Shown here piece by piece: positions 19,063 through 27,880 of a DNA stretch of 64,000 bases. Below the pieces are notes generated by a model, which did not search any database, was not told the DNA's origin, and saw nothing but the letters and a program-made list of their open reading frames with translations. Position 1 is the first letter of the stretch, and each line of letters starts with the position of its first letter. Source of the DNA: Minisyncoccia bacterium. Lineage in GTDB: Bacteria > Patescibacteriota > Minisyncoccia > Phycocordibacterales > UBA918. The translations under genes and the position numbers were made by a program. The stretch lies in contig JBKJIT010000004.1 in assembly GCA_046598345.1 (NCBI GenBank), forward strand, positions 329,226 to 393,225. The letters are read 5' to 3'.

Positions 19063-19572
19063 ATGAAAAAATATATTTTTGTCGTACTACTCCTTCTTGG
19101 GTATACCCATTCAGCGGATGCGTATCTCACTACCTCCCAGAACGCCTTCACAGTGGACAATAGATCAGCTATTTTTACGATCGACTTTACATTTGGGCAC
19201 GAGACGCGTGATATATTTATTCCCCTTCCTGCTCTCTTGAATGGAGAAGGAACAAACCCAAATGCGCTTGGTTTTGCTGTACTGGACGAAGATGGGAAAT
19301 CGGTTCCCAGCACTGCTGCGGGGATTGTACTTGGTGGAGTACCACTTAAAAATGGTTTTTATGTAATCCCGAAAGGAAAAGCAGCGACGTTTACCCTACT
19401 TATGATTGTAAAATCTGGCACTACTACAGAAACTGAGCTCCACGCGCAAGTTACCTCTTTACCATTTAATTTTAATGGAACAAGTAAACAAGCACTCAAT
19501 CCTTCAGAACTTCAGTACTACAAGACCCCGAACATCACACTTAACAAGCCCGTTTTTATGCTTCCTCAATAA
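19063..19572 (+). CDS. Hypothetical secreted protein
   Basis: 169-aa ORF with a signal peptide ending in ADA. Confidence 0.7.
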   Translation: MKKYIFVVLLLLGYTHSADAYLTTSQNAFTVDNRSAIFTIDFTFGHETRDIFIPLPALLNGEGTNPNALGFAVLDEDGKSVPSTAAGIVLGGVPLKNGFYVIPKGKAATFTLLMIVKSGTTTETELHAQVTSLPFNFNGTSKQALNPSELQYYKTPNITLNKPVFMLPQ

Positions 19573-20818
19573 GTCGCCCCGCATGGCTCCCTGCCACAAA
19601 CCCAGTAGTCCAACAAAGTTGGAGAGAAAACCCACCTGAAGGTCGATTGATATGAAGCACATCTCCCGTGAAGCACAAATTGGGGTAGATTTTCGATGCC
19701 ATAGTCTTTGTATCAACCTCGGTAAGTTCTACTCCACCATCTGAGATCACTGCCCAGTCATAGCCCATAGTGCCAGTCACAGTGAGCGGGAGTGCTTTCC
19801 CCGTATCCACAATATAATTGCGAAGATCCTTTGAAAGACTGTGTACTTTAGTATCGCCGATCCCTTTGTCACAGTGCGAAAGGACCGCCTCATGCATGCC
19901 GGGGGGGAGAAATTCCTTGAGTAAATTGCGAAGGGATTTGTTCTTATGCAAATCTACCTGTGTAAGTAACTCACTTCGGAGTGGGCCAATATCCTTACCC
20001 GGAAATAGATCAATGTGCGCACTGACATCCCCCCCTTGTAGAAGCAACGAAACTTCATGCGAAGCATTAAGAATAAGCGGTCCAGAAATTCCAAAATGGG
20101 TAAAGAGGAGTCTGCCCGTTTTAACTATTTTTTCTTTCCCTGTTCCAAAGGTGATCTGCATTGGTTCGAGCGACTTCCCTGACAGCTTCTTCACCCATGA
20201 CTCCTTCACCTTAAGTGGCACGATCCCCGGGGTGGGCGCATGAACGGTGTGACCTAATGTCGCTGCCCAAGAAATCCATTCTCCGGATGACCCCGTTTTT
20301 GCATATGATTTTCCGCCAGCAGCAAGAATGTACGATTCTGCACTATATACTCCTTCGTTTGTTATTACTCCAGAAATTCTTCCATCTTTAGATTCAAAGC
20401 CACACACCTCTACGTTGCACCTAACCGTAACTTTTCCAGTCTTGAGAAAGGTTTCAAGCGCCCTTGTGACATCCTTCGCGGATTGTGTTTCCGGAAATGC
20501 TCGTTTTCTTGCCTCAACAACGAGCGGTAATCCTCGCTCTGTAAAAAAAGCAAAGGTGTCCTTCATGCCAAACTGTGAAAACGGCGAGTACAAAAAATCA
20601 GCTGCCTTTCCGTATTGCGAGAGGAGTGCATGAACATCTTCCTCAGCATTCGTAATATTGCATCGGCCGCCGCCCGTTTGGGACAACTTCTTTCCTAATT
20701 CAGCATTTTTCTCAAGCAAAAGCACACGTTTGCCTCGCATCGCAGCCACTCCGGCAGCCATCATTCCTGATGCTCCACCTCCAATTACGATAACATCATA
20801 TGACGTAACACTTGACAT
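19556..20818 (-). CDS. HI0933/BaiN family NAD(P)/FAD-dependent oxidoreductase
   Basis: VIGGGASGMMAA, GKKLSQTGGGRCNITN, LFTHFGISGP and GGFSLQ motifs. Confidence 0.92.
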   Translation of the reverse strand: MSSVTSYDVIVIGGGASGMMAAGVAAMRGKRVLLLEKNAELGKKLSQTGGGRCNITNAEEDVHALLSQYGKAADFLYSPFSQFGMKDTFAFFTERGLPLVVEARKRAFPETQSAKDVTRALETFLKTGKVTVRCNVEVCGFESKDGRISGVITNEGVYSAESYILAAGGKSYAKTGSSGEWISWAATLGHTVHAPTPGIVPLKVKESWVKKLSGKSLEPMQITFGTGKEKIVKTGRLLFTHFGISGPLILNASHEVSLLLQGGDVSAHIDLFPGKDIGPLRSELLTQVDLHKNKSLRNLLKEFLPPGMHEAVLSHCDKGIGDTKVHSLSKDLRNYIVDTGKALPLTVTGTMGYDWAVISDGGVELTEVDTKTMASKIYPNLCFTGDVLHINRPSGGFSLQLCWTTGFVAGSHAGRLIEEA

Positions 20819-20862
20819 AGTGGCAAAATATTAGCACAATAAGCCTTCGTTTCAAAACCATT

Positions 20863-21576
20863 ATGGAATTCCCTATTCGTATTAATAAATACCTCGCTCA
20901 CTTGGGCTACGCAACAAGGCGGAGCGCAGACAACCTTATTGATGAAGGGAAAGTATTTGTAAATGGAAAGCGTGCGGTAATTGGTCAGCAAATAGCAGAG
21001 GGTGACACCGTGGAGCTTCGTAAAGTTGAAAAAATCACCTATCGCTACATTCTCTACAACAAGCCTCGTGGGGTACTCACACATTCACCTGGCGAGGGGG
21101 AGACTGATATTCTTGCTCGGCTTAAGAAAGATGCAAAAATCACTGGTGTCTTTCCTGTTGGACGTCTTGATAAAGATTCTGAAGGACTCATTTTGCTCAC
21201 TAATGATGGGCGTGTAACTGAGCGACTACTCAGTCCCACTGTTGGTCATGAGAAAGAATACGATGTGACTCTTGATAAAAAAGTAACAAACTGGTTTGTG
21301 CGTCATATAGAGGAAGGTGTAGACATCGAGGGATACCTCACAAAGCCCGCGAAGGCAGTTCCATACCCCAAAGATGATCATCGCGTCACCATTACGCTCA
21401 CCGAGGGTAAAAAACACCAGATTCGTCGCATGTGTGCTGCACTTGGATATCAAGTCACTGCACTCACACGTACTCGTATCATGGGTTTTAAATTGAAAAA
21501 TCTAAAGCCCGGGCAATTCCACGAGCTCACACCGCTCGAAGTAACAGGGTTCTATAAAGCACTTGGACTTAAATAA
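20863..21576 (+). CDS. rRNA pseudouridine synthase (RsuA/RluB/E/F family) with S4 domain
   Basis: RINKYLA, YNKPRG, GRLDKDSEGL and EGKKHQIRRM motifs. Confidence 0.92.
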   Translation: MEFPIRINKYLAHLGYATRRSADNLIDEGKVFVNGKRAVIGQQIAEGDTVELRKVEKITYRYILYNKPRGVLTHSPGEGETDILARLKKDAKITGVFPVGRLDKDSEGLILLTNDGRVTERLLSPTVGHEKEYDVTLDKKVTNWFVRHIEEGVDIEGYLTKPAKAVPYPKDDHRVTITLTEGKKHQIRRMCAALGYQVTALTRTRIMGFKLKNLKPGQFHELTPLEVTGFYKALGLK

Positions 21577-21578
21577 AC

Positions 21579-21614
21579 AAAAAGAACCGCGGCCAGAGGC
21601 CGCGGTTCTTTTTT
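21579..21614. terminator. Bidirectional terminator
   Basis: aaaaagaaccgcggcc/ggccgcggttcttttt between convergent genes. Confidence 0.75.
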
Positions 21615-21624
21615 GATTTGGTGC

Positions 21625-21828
21625 TTATGCGAGCTTTACGTTCACAGCAGCAAGTCCCTTATCTCCTTCCTCAACGTCGTATGACACTGAGTCACCCTCT
21701 TTAAGAGAGTCATACATGAGTCCCTCTACGAGAGAACGTGCATGGAAGAAAAGATCCTTGGTGCCTCCCTCATCAGGAGTAATGAAACCAAATCCTCGGT
21801 CAGTAAGACGAGCGATTTTTCCCTTCAT
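21625..21828 (-). CDS. Cold-shock domain protein
   Basis: RGFGFI, DLFFH and GDKGLAAVNV motifs. Confidence 0.93.
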   Translation of the reverse strand: MKGKIARLTDRGFGFITPDEGGTKDLFFHARSLVEGLMYDSLKEGDSVSYDVEEGDKGLAAVNVKLA

Positions 21829-21951
21829 TTTGGATTATCTATTCACTTAATTAAATAATCAAAACCGTTGCGCTACTGATCCGACTACTCAGGCCCCTGT
21901 TTTGTACCTGTATACTACCACGTTATTCTAATTTGGTCGAGCACTCACCCT

Positions 21952-22845
21952 TTATAACGCCCTCAGAATGCGGGCTCGGAGAGACACAAAGTCAGCATAC
22001 CTATAGAAGAAACCTATCTTTTCAGCCATTTCTGTACCTTCCTCCGCATCTCCATAGAGCACAAAATGAGCAAATGATTCCACACTATCTTCGAGCGAAT
22101 TCACTGCAGCGTAGTCAGAAACAAAATCATCTGCGTGATCTTCGGCATATACTGCGGCAGCATCAACCTTTCTTGCTTCGTCCTGCATCCTTGCTAATCG
22201 TGCTTCATGTGCCCGATCCTCAGTACCCCAAAACTCATCTTTGAAACTCTCAAATATACTTTTATTCTCATCCAAGATGATATGTCCAAGTTCATGGATA
22301 AGTAGCTCATCCATATCGCGTGCTGCGTTCAAACCAGTGAGATCTAACCCGTAGGTATTTATACCTAGAATCCAAGTGTCCTCTCCTTCCAAACGCTCAA
22401 CAAAGGCATCGTAGGGTGCATTCTTATTGGAGTAGACTCGAAACTCGCCAACAAGACTCCTGATGTAAGATTCTCCTCCAAGAGCAACAAATCTATTCCA
22501 TAGGTATTCGTGGAGATGTTCTATCTTGGTACTCTCTATCGAAATAAGATCACCTTGTGAATCAACGACATACAGAGCTTCATACCTTCCATGATAAAAC
22601 TGTGAGGGTTCGATTTCATTTCGTGAAGGGATATGGAGGTATTTATTACTCGCCTCCACATTAGCTGTCTTATTTGCTCTTTTTTGGTGCGCGAGTAGCT
22701 TTTCAAGAGCTGTAATTTCTTTTTTTAATACACTAATTAGCTTATAGAGTGCCCCTTTATCGGAAGGAAGCGTTGAAGCTGCAATCGTGACAGCGGGCTG
22801 AAGAATTAATAAGGCAACAACGACTGTAATAAGTATTTTTTTCAT
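21952..22845 (-). CDS. Secreted putative zinc metallopeptidase
   Basis: Signal peptide; LIHELGH and FVSDYAAVNSLEDSVESF. Confidence 0.75.
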   Translation of the reverse strand: MKKILITVVVALLILQPAVTIAASTLPSDKGALYKLISVLKKEITALEKLLAHQKRANKTANVEASNKYLHIPSRNEIEPSQFYHGRYEALYVVDSQGDLISIESTKIEHLHEYLWNRFVALGGESYIRSLVGEFRVYSNKNAPYDAFVERLEGEDTWILGINTYGLDLTGLNAARDMDELLIHELGHIILDENKSIFESFKDEFWGTEDRAHEARLARMQDEARKVDAAAVYAEDHADDFVSDYAAVNSLEDSVESFAHFVLYGDAEEGTEMAEKIGFFYRYADFVSLRARILRAL

Positions 22846-22901
22846 GATATTTTCACCTGTTTAGTATGCCGTACTTCATCCTTATGAGCGCTCGTAGAGC
22901 A

Positions 22902-22930
22902 TTGACATATGATATTTAATGATGTATTAT
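22902..22930 (+). promoter_or_regulatory. Sigma70 promoter TTGACA-N17-TATTAT
   Basis: Read directly, upstream of 23031. Confidence 0.7.
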
Positions 22931-23030
22931 ATAGATATTAGTTACCTGATGGAACTTCCACCAGCGTTGTAATCTGACGGAAAATCGGCTCTTTTTAGCT
23001 ACAAAGAGCCGATTTTCCTGATATGGACAT

Positions 23031-23378
23031 ATGACCAAAATCTTCATAATTGCGCTATACACAGCTTTCATAACTTCCCTCTCATGTTTGGGTTCATTTG
23101 CCTATGCCGGCGAGCGTTTCAATAATGAGAATTGGATGAGCCTTCCCCACCCAAAAGTCGTGACTTTCAGCGTTCGAGAAGACGGTAGCGCTTTTGGCCT
23201 CACTGAAAATGGTATTTCATTCGTTCAGTACAACGTACCTAATGATGTTGGTATTCGGGTACAACGATTTGAAATTGAGGATCATTATCACTACATTGTA
23301 GAAGGAGAAATCGTTACGACAAATCATCAGCTTTCGGCTCGCCTTGCACTTGCATACATTTCAAAAATGGGAGCATAA
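23031..23378 (+). CDS. Hypothetical secreted protein
   Basis: 115-aa ORF with signal peptide, own promoter and terminator. Confidence 0.65.
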   Translation: MTKIFIIALYTAFITSLSCLGSFAYAGERFNNENWMSLPHPKVVTFSVREDGSAFGLTENGISFVQYNVPNDVGIRVQRFEIEDHYHYIVEGEIVTTNHQLSARLALAYISKMGA

Positions 23379-23419
23379 AACTAAAACCCCCGCGGCTACG
23401 CCGCGGGGGTTTTAGTTTT
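23377..23419. terminator. Bidirectional terminator
   Basis: aaaactaaaacccccgcggc-tac-gccgcgggggttttagtttt. Confidence 0.8.
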
Positions 23420-23421
23420 CC

Positions 23422-23958
23422 TTACCGTGTTTTCAAATATTCAAGCATCGTTGTCGCATCACTCACTTCAAACGGATCGTGTGGACAGTCATCCATGAAC
23501 CCTGGTTCGACAAACACTTTTTTGATTTCGCCGTCTTCAACATACATCGAGTAGCGCCACGATCGTTTTCCAAAACCAAGATCGTCTTTCTTTACCATCA
23601 TCCCCATCCCTTCAGTGAAGGTGCCTGATCCATCAGGGAGGAGTTGCACGTTATCAACACCCTGCGACTTTCCCCATTGGAACATAACATATGCGTCATT
23701 CACACTGAGACAGATGACTTCATCAACCCCAAGCGCCTTAAACTCATTGTACTTTTCTTCATACCCGGGCAGGTGTGTCGAAGAACATGTTGGGGTAAAT
23801 GCACCTGGAAGTGAGAAGAGAACAATCTTCTTACCCTTAAAGATTTCATCTGTCGTTACATCCTGCCAACGATACGGATTTGGTCCTTCAACGCTTTCGT
23901 CTCGTACTCGTGTTTTAAACGTAACTTGAGGGACATGCGTAGGAATATTGTGAGGCAT
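23422..23958 (-). CDS. Peroxiredoxin (Prx5/PGdx-type redoxin)
   Basis: [25 protein letters not shown] and RSWRYSM motifs. Confidence 0.93.
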   Translation of the reverse strand: MPHNIPTHVPQVTFKTRVRDESVEGPNPYRWQDVTTDEIFKGKKIVLFSLPGAFTPTCSSTHLPGYEEKYNEFKALGVDEVICLSVNDAYVMFQWGKSQGVDNVQLLPDGSGTFTEGMGMMVKKDDLGFGKRSWRYSMYVEDGEIKKVFVEPGFMDDCPHDPFEVSDATTMLEYLKTR

Positions 23959-24090
23959 AGGTAGGTTTATACTGAATAATTAATATAGATACCGAGTCGT
24001 TTCTTTGTAGAGATGACCATATACGAACATCGAAACCACCTCTCGGTGACATGATATTCTATCTCACTTTCACCTGAATTCAATGTGATC

Positions 24091-24366
24091 TTAGTGAAGT
24101 GAGCTTTCAAGTCTTTTACTCATCACTTGTAAAAATTCCTGAGTATTAGTGCGGTAGAGAGAGACGACCCCTGGATCTTCATTCAAAAGCATACGAAATG
24201 GAGCTGAATAGGCTTCAATCCATTCTACGATCCTCTCTTCTGTAAAACCCATATGCAGGGCGAGTAGTAGCTGAGCCTCATTGGATTCATCGAGGGTCAT
24301 TTCTTGAAAAGAAGAAGACTCAGAATTGTGAGGTTTGTGATTAGAATTTGGCAGCTCTTCCTTCAT
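24091..24366 (-). CDS. Hypothetical protein
   Basis: 91-aa ORF directly downstream of the methyltransferase. Confidence 0.55.
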   Translation of the reverse strand: MKEELPNSNHKPHNSESSSFQEMTLDESNEAQLLLALHMGFTEERIVEWIEAYSAPFRMLLNEDPGVVSLYRTNTQEFLQVMSKRLESSLH

Positions 24367-24377
24367 AGATATGGTAA

Positions 24378-25175
24378 TTATGACACGATCTTAGAACATT
24401 CAACCATAAGGAAAAGTGGAAATTCTTTTCGCGCAGCATCCTCTGCCTTTGATCGGGGACCTTTTTCACTTATGCGATGCGAGATCCACTCTTCTAGACG
24501 AACAATTGAAAATCCAGCGCTGTTAAGCGCCTTCATATAATCCTGAAGTGAACGATGAAATGAGTAGGTCACTGATTTAGTATCCTTTTTACCTGGATGC
24601 ATATCAATTTCTATTCTTCGTTGCGATAGATACACGTCCGACCGGCGATACTGTACGTACTTCTCCTCATCAAAACCCCAACTCGTCTTCCCGGGAATTC
24701 GAAACACAGGATGGTTTAAAATAAACACAAAACGACCATCTGACTTTAGGACCCGAGCAACACCTGAAAAGACAGGTTCGATGCGTTCCATGTTTTGAAG
24801 CGTAAGCACCGCAAGGACGGTATCCATAGATTTTGCTGTAACCCATTCTAAATCCTCAGCCTTAGATACCTTATAGGTAACATTTCCGCCCTTTTCCTTT
24901 CCAATATCAATAAGCTCGCGTGAAATATCACAGGCAGTGACCTCCGCTCCTGTTTTCGCAAGATGTCGTGCAATAAATCCTTCTCCACATCCAATTTCAA
25001 GAATTTTGAGTCCCTTCCTCGCCCCAACAATCCGCTCCACATTCGGTAAAATAACCTTCGCATGATATGTGTCTGCCTCCTCTAGGTGATCGGAATACCA
25101 TTCTGCCTCTTTTCCCCACGAAGTGTCGGGCTTCTTAGTATCCTGTGGTTTTTTGGGTGCCGTATTTTTTTCCAT
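24378..25175 (-). CDS. Class I SAM-dependent methyltransferase
   Basis: ILEIGCGEG, VTACDIS and NHPVF motifs. Confidence 0.88.
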   Translation of the reverse strand: MEKNTAPKKPQDTKKPDTSWGKEAEWYSDHLEEADTYHAKVILPNVERIVGARKGLKILEIGCGEGFIARHLAKTGAEVTACDISRELIDIGKEKGGNVTYKVSKAEDLEWVTAKSMDTVLAVLTLQNMERIEPVFSGVARVLKSDGRFVFILNHPVFRIPGKTSWGFDEEKYVQYRRSDVYLSQRRIEIDMHPGKKDTKSVTYSFHRSLQDYMKALNSAGFSIVRLEEWISHRISEKGPRSKAEDAARKEFPLFLMVECSKIVS

Positions 25176-25278
25176 ACAAAAAGAGTACCCCGAGTTTGAT
25201 AAAAAAAGAAATGGCGCATGGTCCCGAAGGATCCACGCGCCATATAGTTATGCTTTCAAATCCTTAGTAACCCGAAGG

Positions 25279-26532
25279 TTACATAGCGACAGGATTTGTA
25301 AGTGTGTCCTGCTCCCATCGTCGCGCCATGAACTTGTGAAAGTCATATACGGCACGGTCTGAGACAGGGTCTAGAGGCCCAATCACTTGAGCACCTTTTC
25401 CGTGTGCCGCAAGGATCCTCATACCTTTGTCGCAGCCAAGCGAGAGCTGGGCATCTTCTTGGGCAATACCGTTTTCAGAATCCTTACCCATGTACGCAGC
25501 GATTGCTGCCGTTGCAAGGCCAGGTGCGTGAAGAAGTACTTCCTCGGGAACATAGAACTCCACCACATTGCGAACACCGCCAGATACAGGGATGAACCAA
25601 CTCTTCACGATAAAGTACGGGTAGTGTTCAATGGTGAAGAATCCGTTGTAGTCCGCAATCCAGAACACCTTGCCAACCGTATGATCCACAATACCCATTT
25701 GCTCAACTACCTGAACGCACTTATGGTAGTCAGCCCAGTGTTTACTCATCTTGGCATAGTTGACACGACTCAACCATGATACAACTTGCATGCTTATGCC
25801 CAGATTTGGATTGTAGTCCCGCTTCTGCGTTCTCATTTCAACGACCTCATCGAGCTTCCCTGGGTGCACACCCTTTCCAGGATGGTTAAGATCCTCGAAG
25901 ATAACCATTCCTGTAAAAGCGCTAAAGGGGGCTCGATCGATCCAAACCCGAACAAGTCGATAGTTGGATGGCAAAAACTGCGTGAGGCCGTTTTGACGTG
26001 CGAGAGGCATCTGAAGAATTTGTCGATACGGCTCGAGCTGTTTAGGTGTTCCAATCCAAATCATTCCCCCAATTACCTCGATCGATTGCTCAGGTTGAAC
26101 TGCAGAATGAAGGTTGGTGCAATGTTGTTCAGGTTCGATTTCTGTCCCCCTCGCAACTTTGAGCTTAATGGGTGCATGATGTACACCTTCTGCATCATAT
26201 CCCCACTTGTGTCCACCACAATGGCTGCGGCCGTTAGTGAGCGAACCCATATACCCTGCTTTCCAATCGTCATCAGGAAGATACACCGGGCGATGATAGT
26301 GCGAACATACATTAAGGAGATAATTGAGTTTTCCCTTACTATCCGAAGTAAGGTAGCAGGATCCATCCGTGGTTGCAGGAACGTAAAACCGGTTTGGTTC
26401 CTTCATCCAGTACTCAGGCCCTCCATATGACGCTGCACCCCCGACGTGTGTGCGGAGAAATTGATTGAATTCCTGGGAAACAAGTTCCCCCGCAGGAATA
26501 GAGCCATACAGCTGGCCATTAACAATGCTCAT
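25279..26532 (-). CDS. Rieske non-heme iron oxygenase alpha subunit-like protein
   Basis: NVCSH...CGGHKWGY Rieske ligands; FEDLNHPGKGVH and QED mononuclear-iron-like residues. Confidence 0.75.
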   Translation of the reverse strand: MSIVNGQLYGSIPAGELVSQEFNQFLRTHVGGAASYGGPEYWMKEPNRFYVPATTDGSCYLTSDSKGKLNYLLNVCSHYHRPVYLPDDDWKAGYMGSLTNGRSHCGGHKWGYDAEGVHHAPIKLKVARGTEIEPEQHCTNLHSAVQPEQSIEVIGGMIWIGTPKQLEPYRQILQMPLARQNGLTQFLPSNYRLVRVWIDRAPFSAFTGMVIFEDLNHPGKGVHPGKLDEVVEMRTQKRDYNPNLGISMQVVSWLSRVNYAKMSKHWADYHKCVQVVEQMGIVDHTVGKVFWIADYNGFFTIEHYPYFIVKSWFIPVSGGVRNVVEFYVPEEVLLHAPGLATAAIAAYMGKDSENGIAQEDAQLSLGCDKGMRILAAHGKGAQVIGPLDPVSDRAVYDFHKFMARRWEQDTLTNPVAM

Positions 26533-26694
26533 GTGAACGTTCCTTATAGTCAGAACACTTATTGAAGAACCGAACCAAACATAGTTTGGAGTAAAAATCA
26601 GACCACATATTACCCCAAAGTGTCAAAATGGGCAAGCCATATATTTCATCATAATTTCATCCTTTTCTCTCTAAATGTGCGATAATCAACTCAC

Positions 26695-27738
26695 ATGAAA
26701 GGAGGGAGAATCATCATTGGAGGAATTAAGAAGAAATTCCCTATTAAAAGAACGGCTGCTCTCATTGGGAGCGCCCTGCTTGTGCTTTTTATTGTGATTA
26801 CATTGGGTGCACGCTACCAGTTCCAAAAACTGGATCGTGTGGCAGAGGTTGGAGGAGGTGCAGTGACCGTACCCGAAGTCACCTCCTTCCCCATTGGAGT
26901 AAACCCCAAGGAAAAGACAATCACTGAAAACATACTCGTCGACAACTATTATCGCGAGAATATTTCATCTCGAAATCTGTCTGTAAGCCCGTCAGGGTGG
27001 TTTACTAAGGCACTATCCCAACTGGCGCTCTCGAATGTGTTTCAGAACCTCGCTTCACTCTCAACTCGCATACTCGTTATTGACTCAGGCGAACGGAAAG
27101 AAGAAGTCGTCTCACATTTCGCTAAAATTCTGGACTGGAACGAATCACAAAAACAGATCTTCCTTACTTCAATTTCAGGCACCACGCCGGAGGTCGCTGA
27201 CGGTAAATTCTTTCCGGGTACATACATTGTGGCGCGAAAAGCCCCACCTGAAGAGGTGAGTCCACTTATTGTAAGTAAATTTGAAGAAGAAGTTCTAGCG
27301 CATTATCCAGCAGAAATTGAATCACTCATTCCACTTGCGGATACGCTTACTATTGCCTCTCTCTTAGAGCGTGAGGCATATGACTTTACCGACATGCGTG
27401 AGATTTCCGGCGTGATCTGGAATCGCCTTTTTGCTGATATGAACCTGCAACTCGATGCAACCTTACAGTACGCAAAAGGTGCGCGTACTCATTCTTGGTG
27501 GCCCCGCGTCGTGCCCGAAGATAAGTATATTGAGTCTGCATTCAATACATACGAAAACTCTGGCCTACCCCCTGCTCCGATTGCCAACCCTTCTCTTGAA
27601 GCGATTCTCGCCGCACTTAACCCACTCAAAACTGATTGTATGTATTACTTCCACGACCGAAAGGCAGGATTCCACTGTTCTGCGACCTACGAAGAGCATG
27701 TTCGCCTCCTTAAGGAATACTACGGCCAAGGAAAATAG
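26695..27738 (+). CDS. mltG: Endolytic transglycosylase MltG (YceG)
   Basis: FFPGTY, IASLLERE, NRL..LQLDAT.QY, NTY..GLPPAPIANP and YEEH motifs. Confidence 0.88.
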   Translation: MKGGRIIIGGIKKKFPIKRTAALIGSALLVLFIVITLGARYQFQKLDRVAEVGGGAVTVPEVTSFPIGVNPKEKTITENILVDNYYRENISSRNLSVSPSGWFTKALSQLALSNVFQNLASLSTRILVIDSGERKEEVVSHFAKILDWNESQKQIFLTSISGTTPEVADGKFFPGTYIVARKAPPEEVSPLIVSKFEEEVLAHYPAEIESLIPLADTLTIASLLEREAYDFTDMREISGVIWNRLFADMNLQLDATLQYAKGARTHSWWPRVVPEDKYIESAFNTYENSGLPPAPIANPSLEAILAALNPLKTDCMYYFHDRKAGFHCSATYEEHVRLLKEYYGQGK

Positions 27739-27774
27739 ATCAAACAGTTGCTTTCTCAATAGCTTGTCGGACAA

Positions 27775-27815
27775 TATAAACACACCGCCGGGCTTCGCCC
27801 GGCGGTGTGTTTATA
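27775..27815 (+). repeat. Long perfect hairpin (19-bp arms, TTC loop), family B
   Basis: tataaacacaccgccgggc-ttc-gcccggcggtgtgtttata. Confidence 0.85.
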
Positions 27816-27880
27816 AGACCACATAGTTGTGAGGTGCCTCTAGTACTATTGAATATAAAGCCTCATTTAATTCTTTATTT

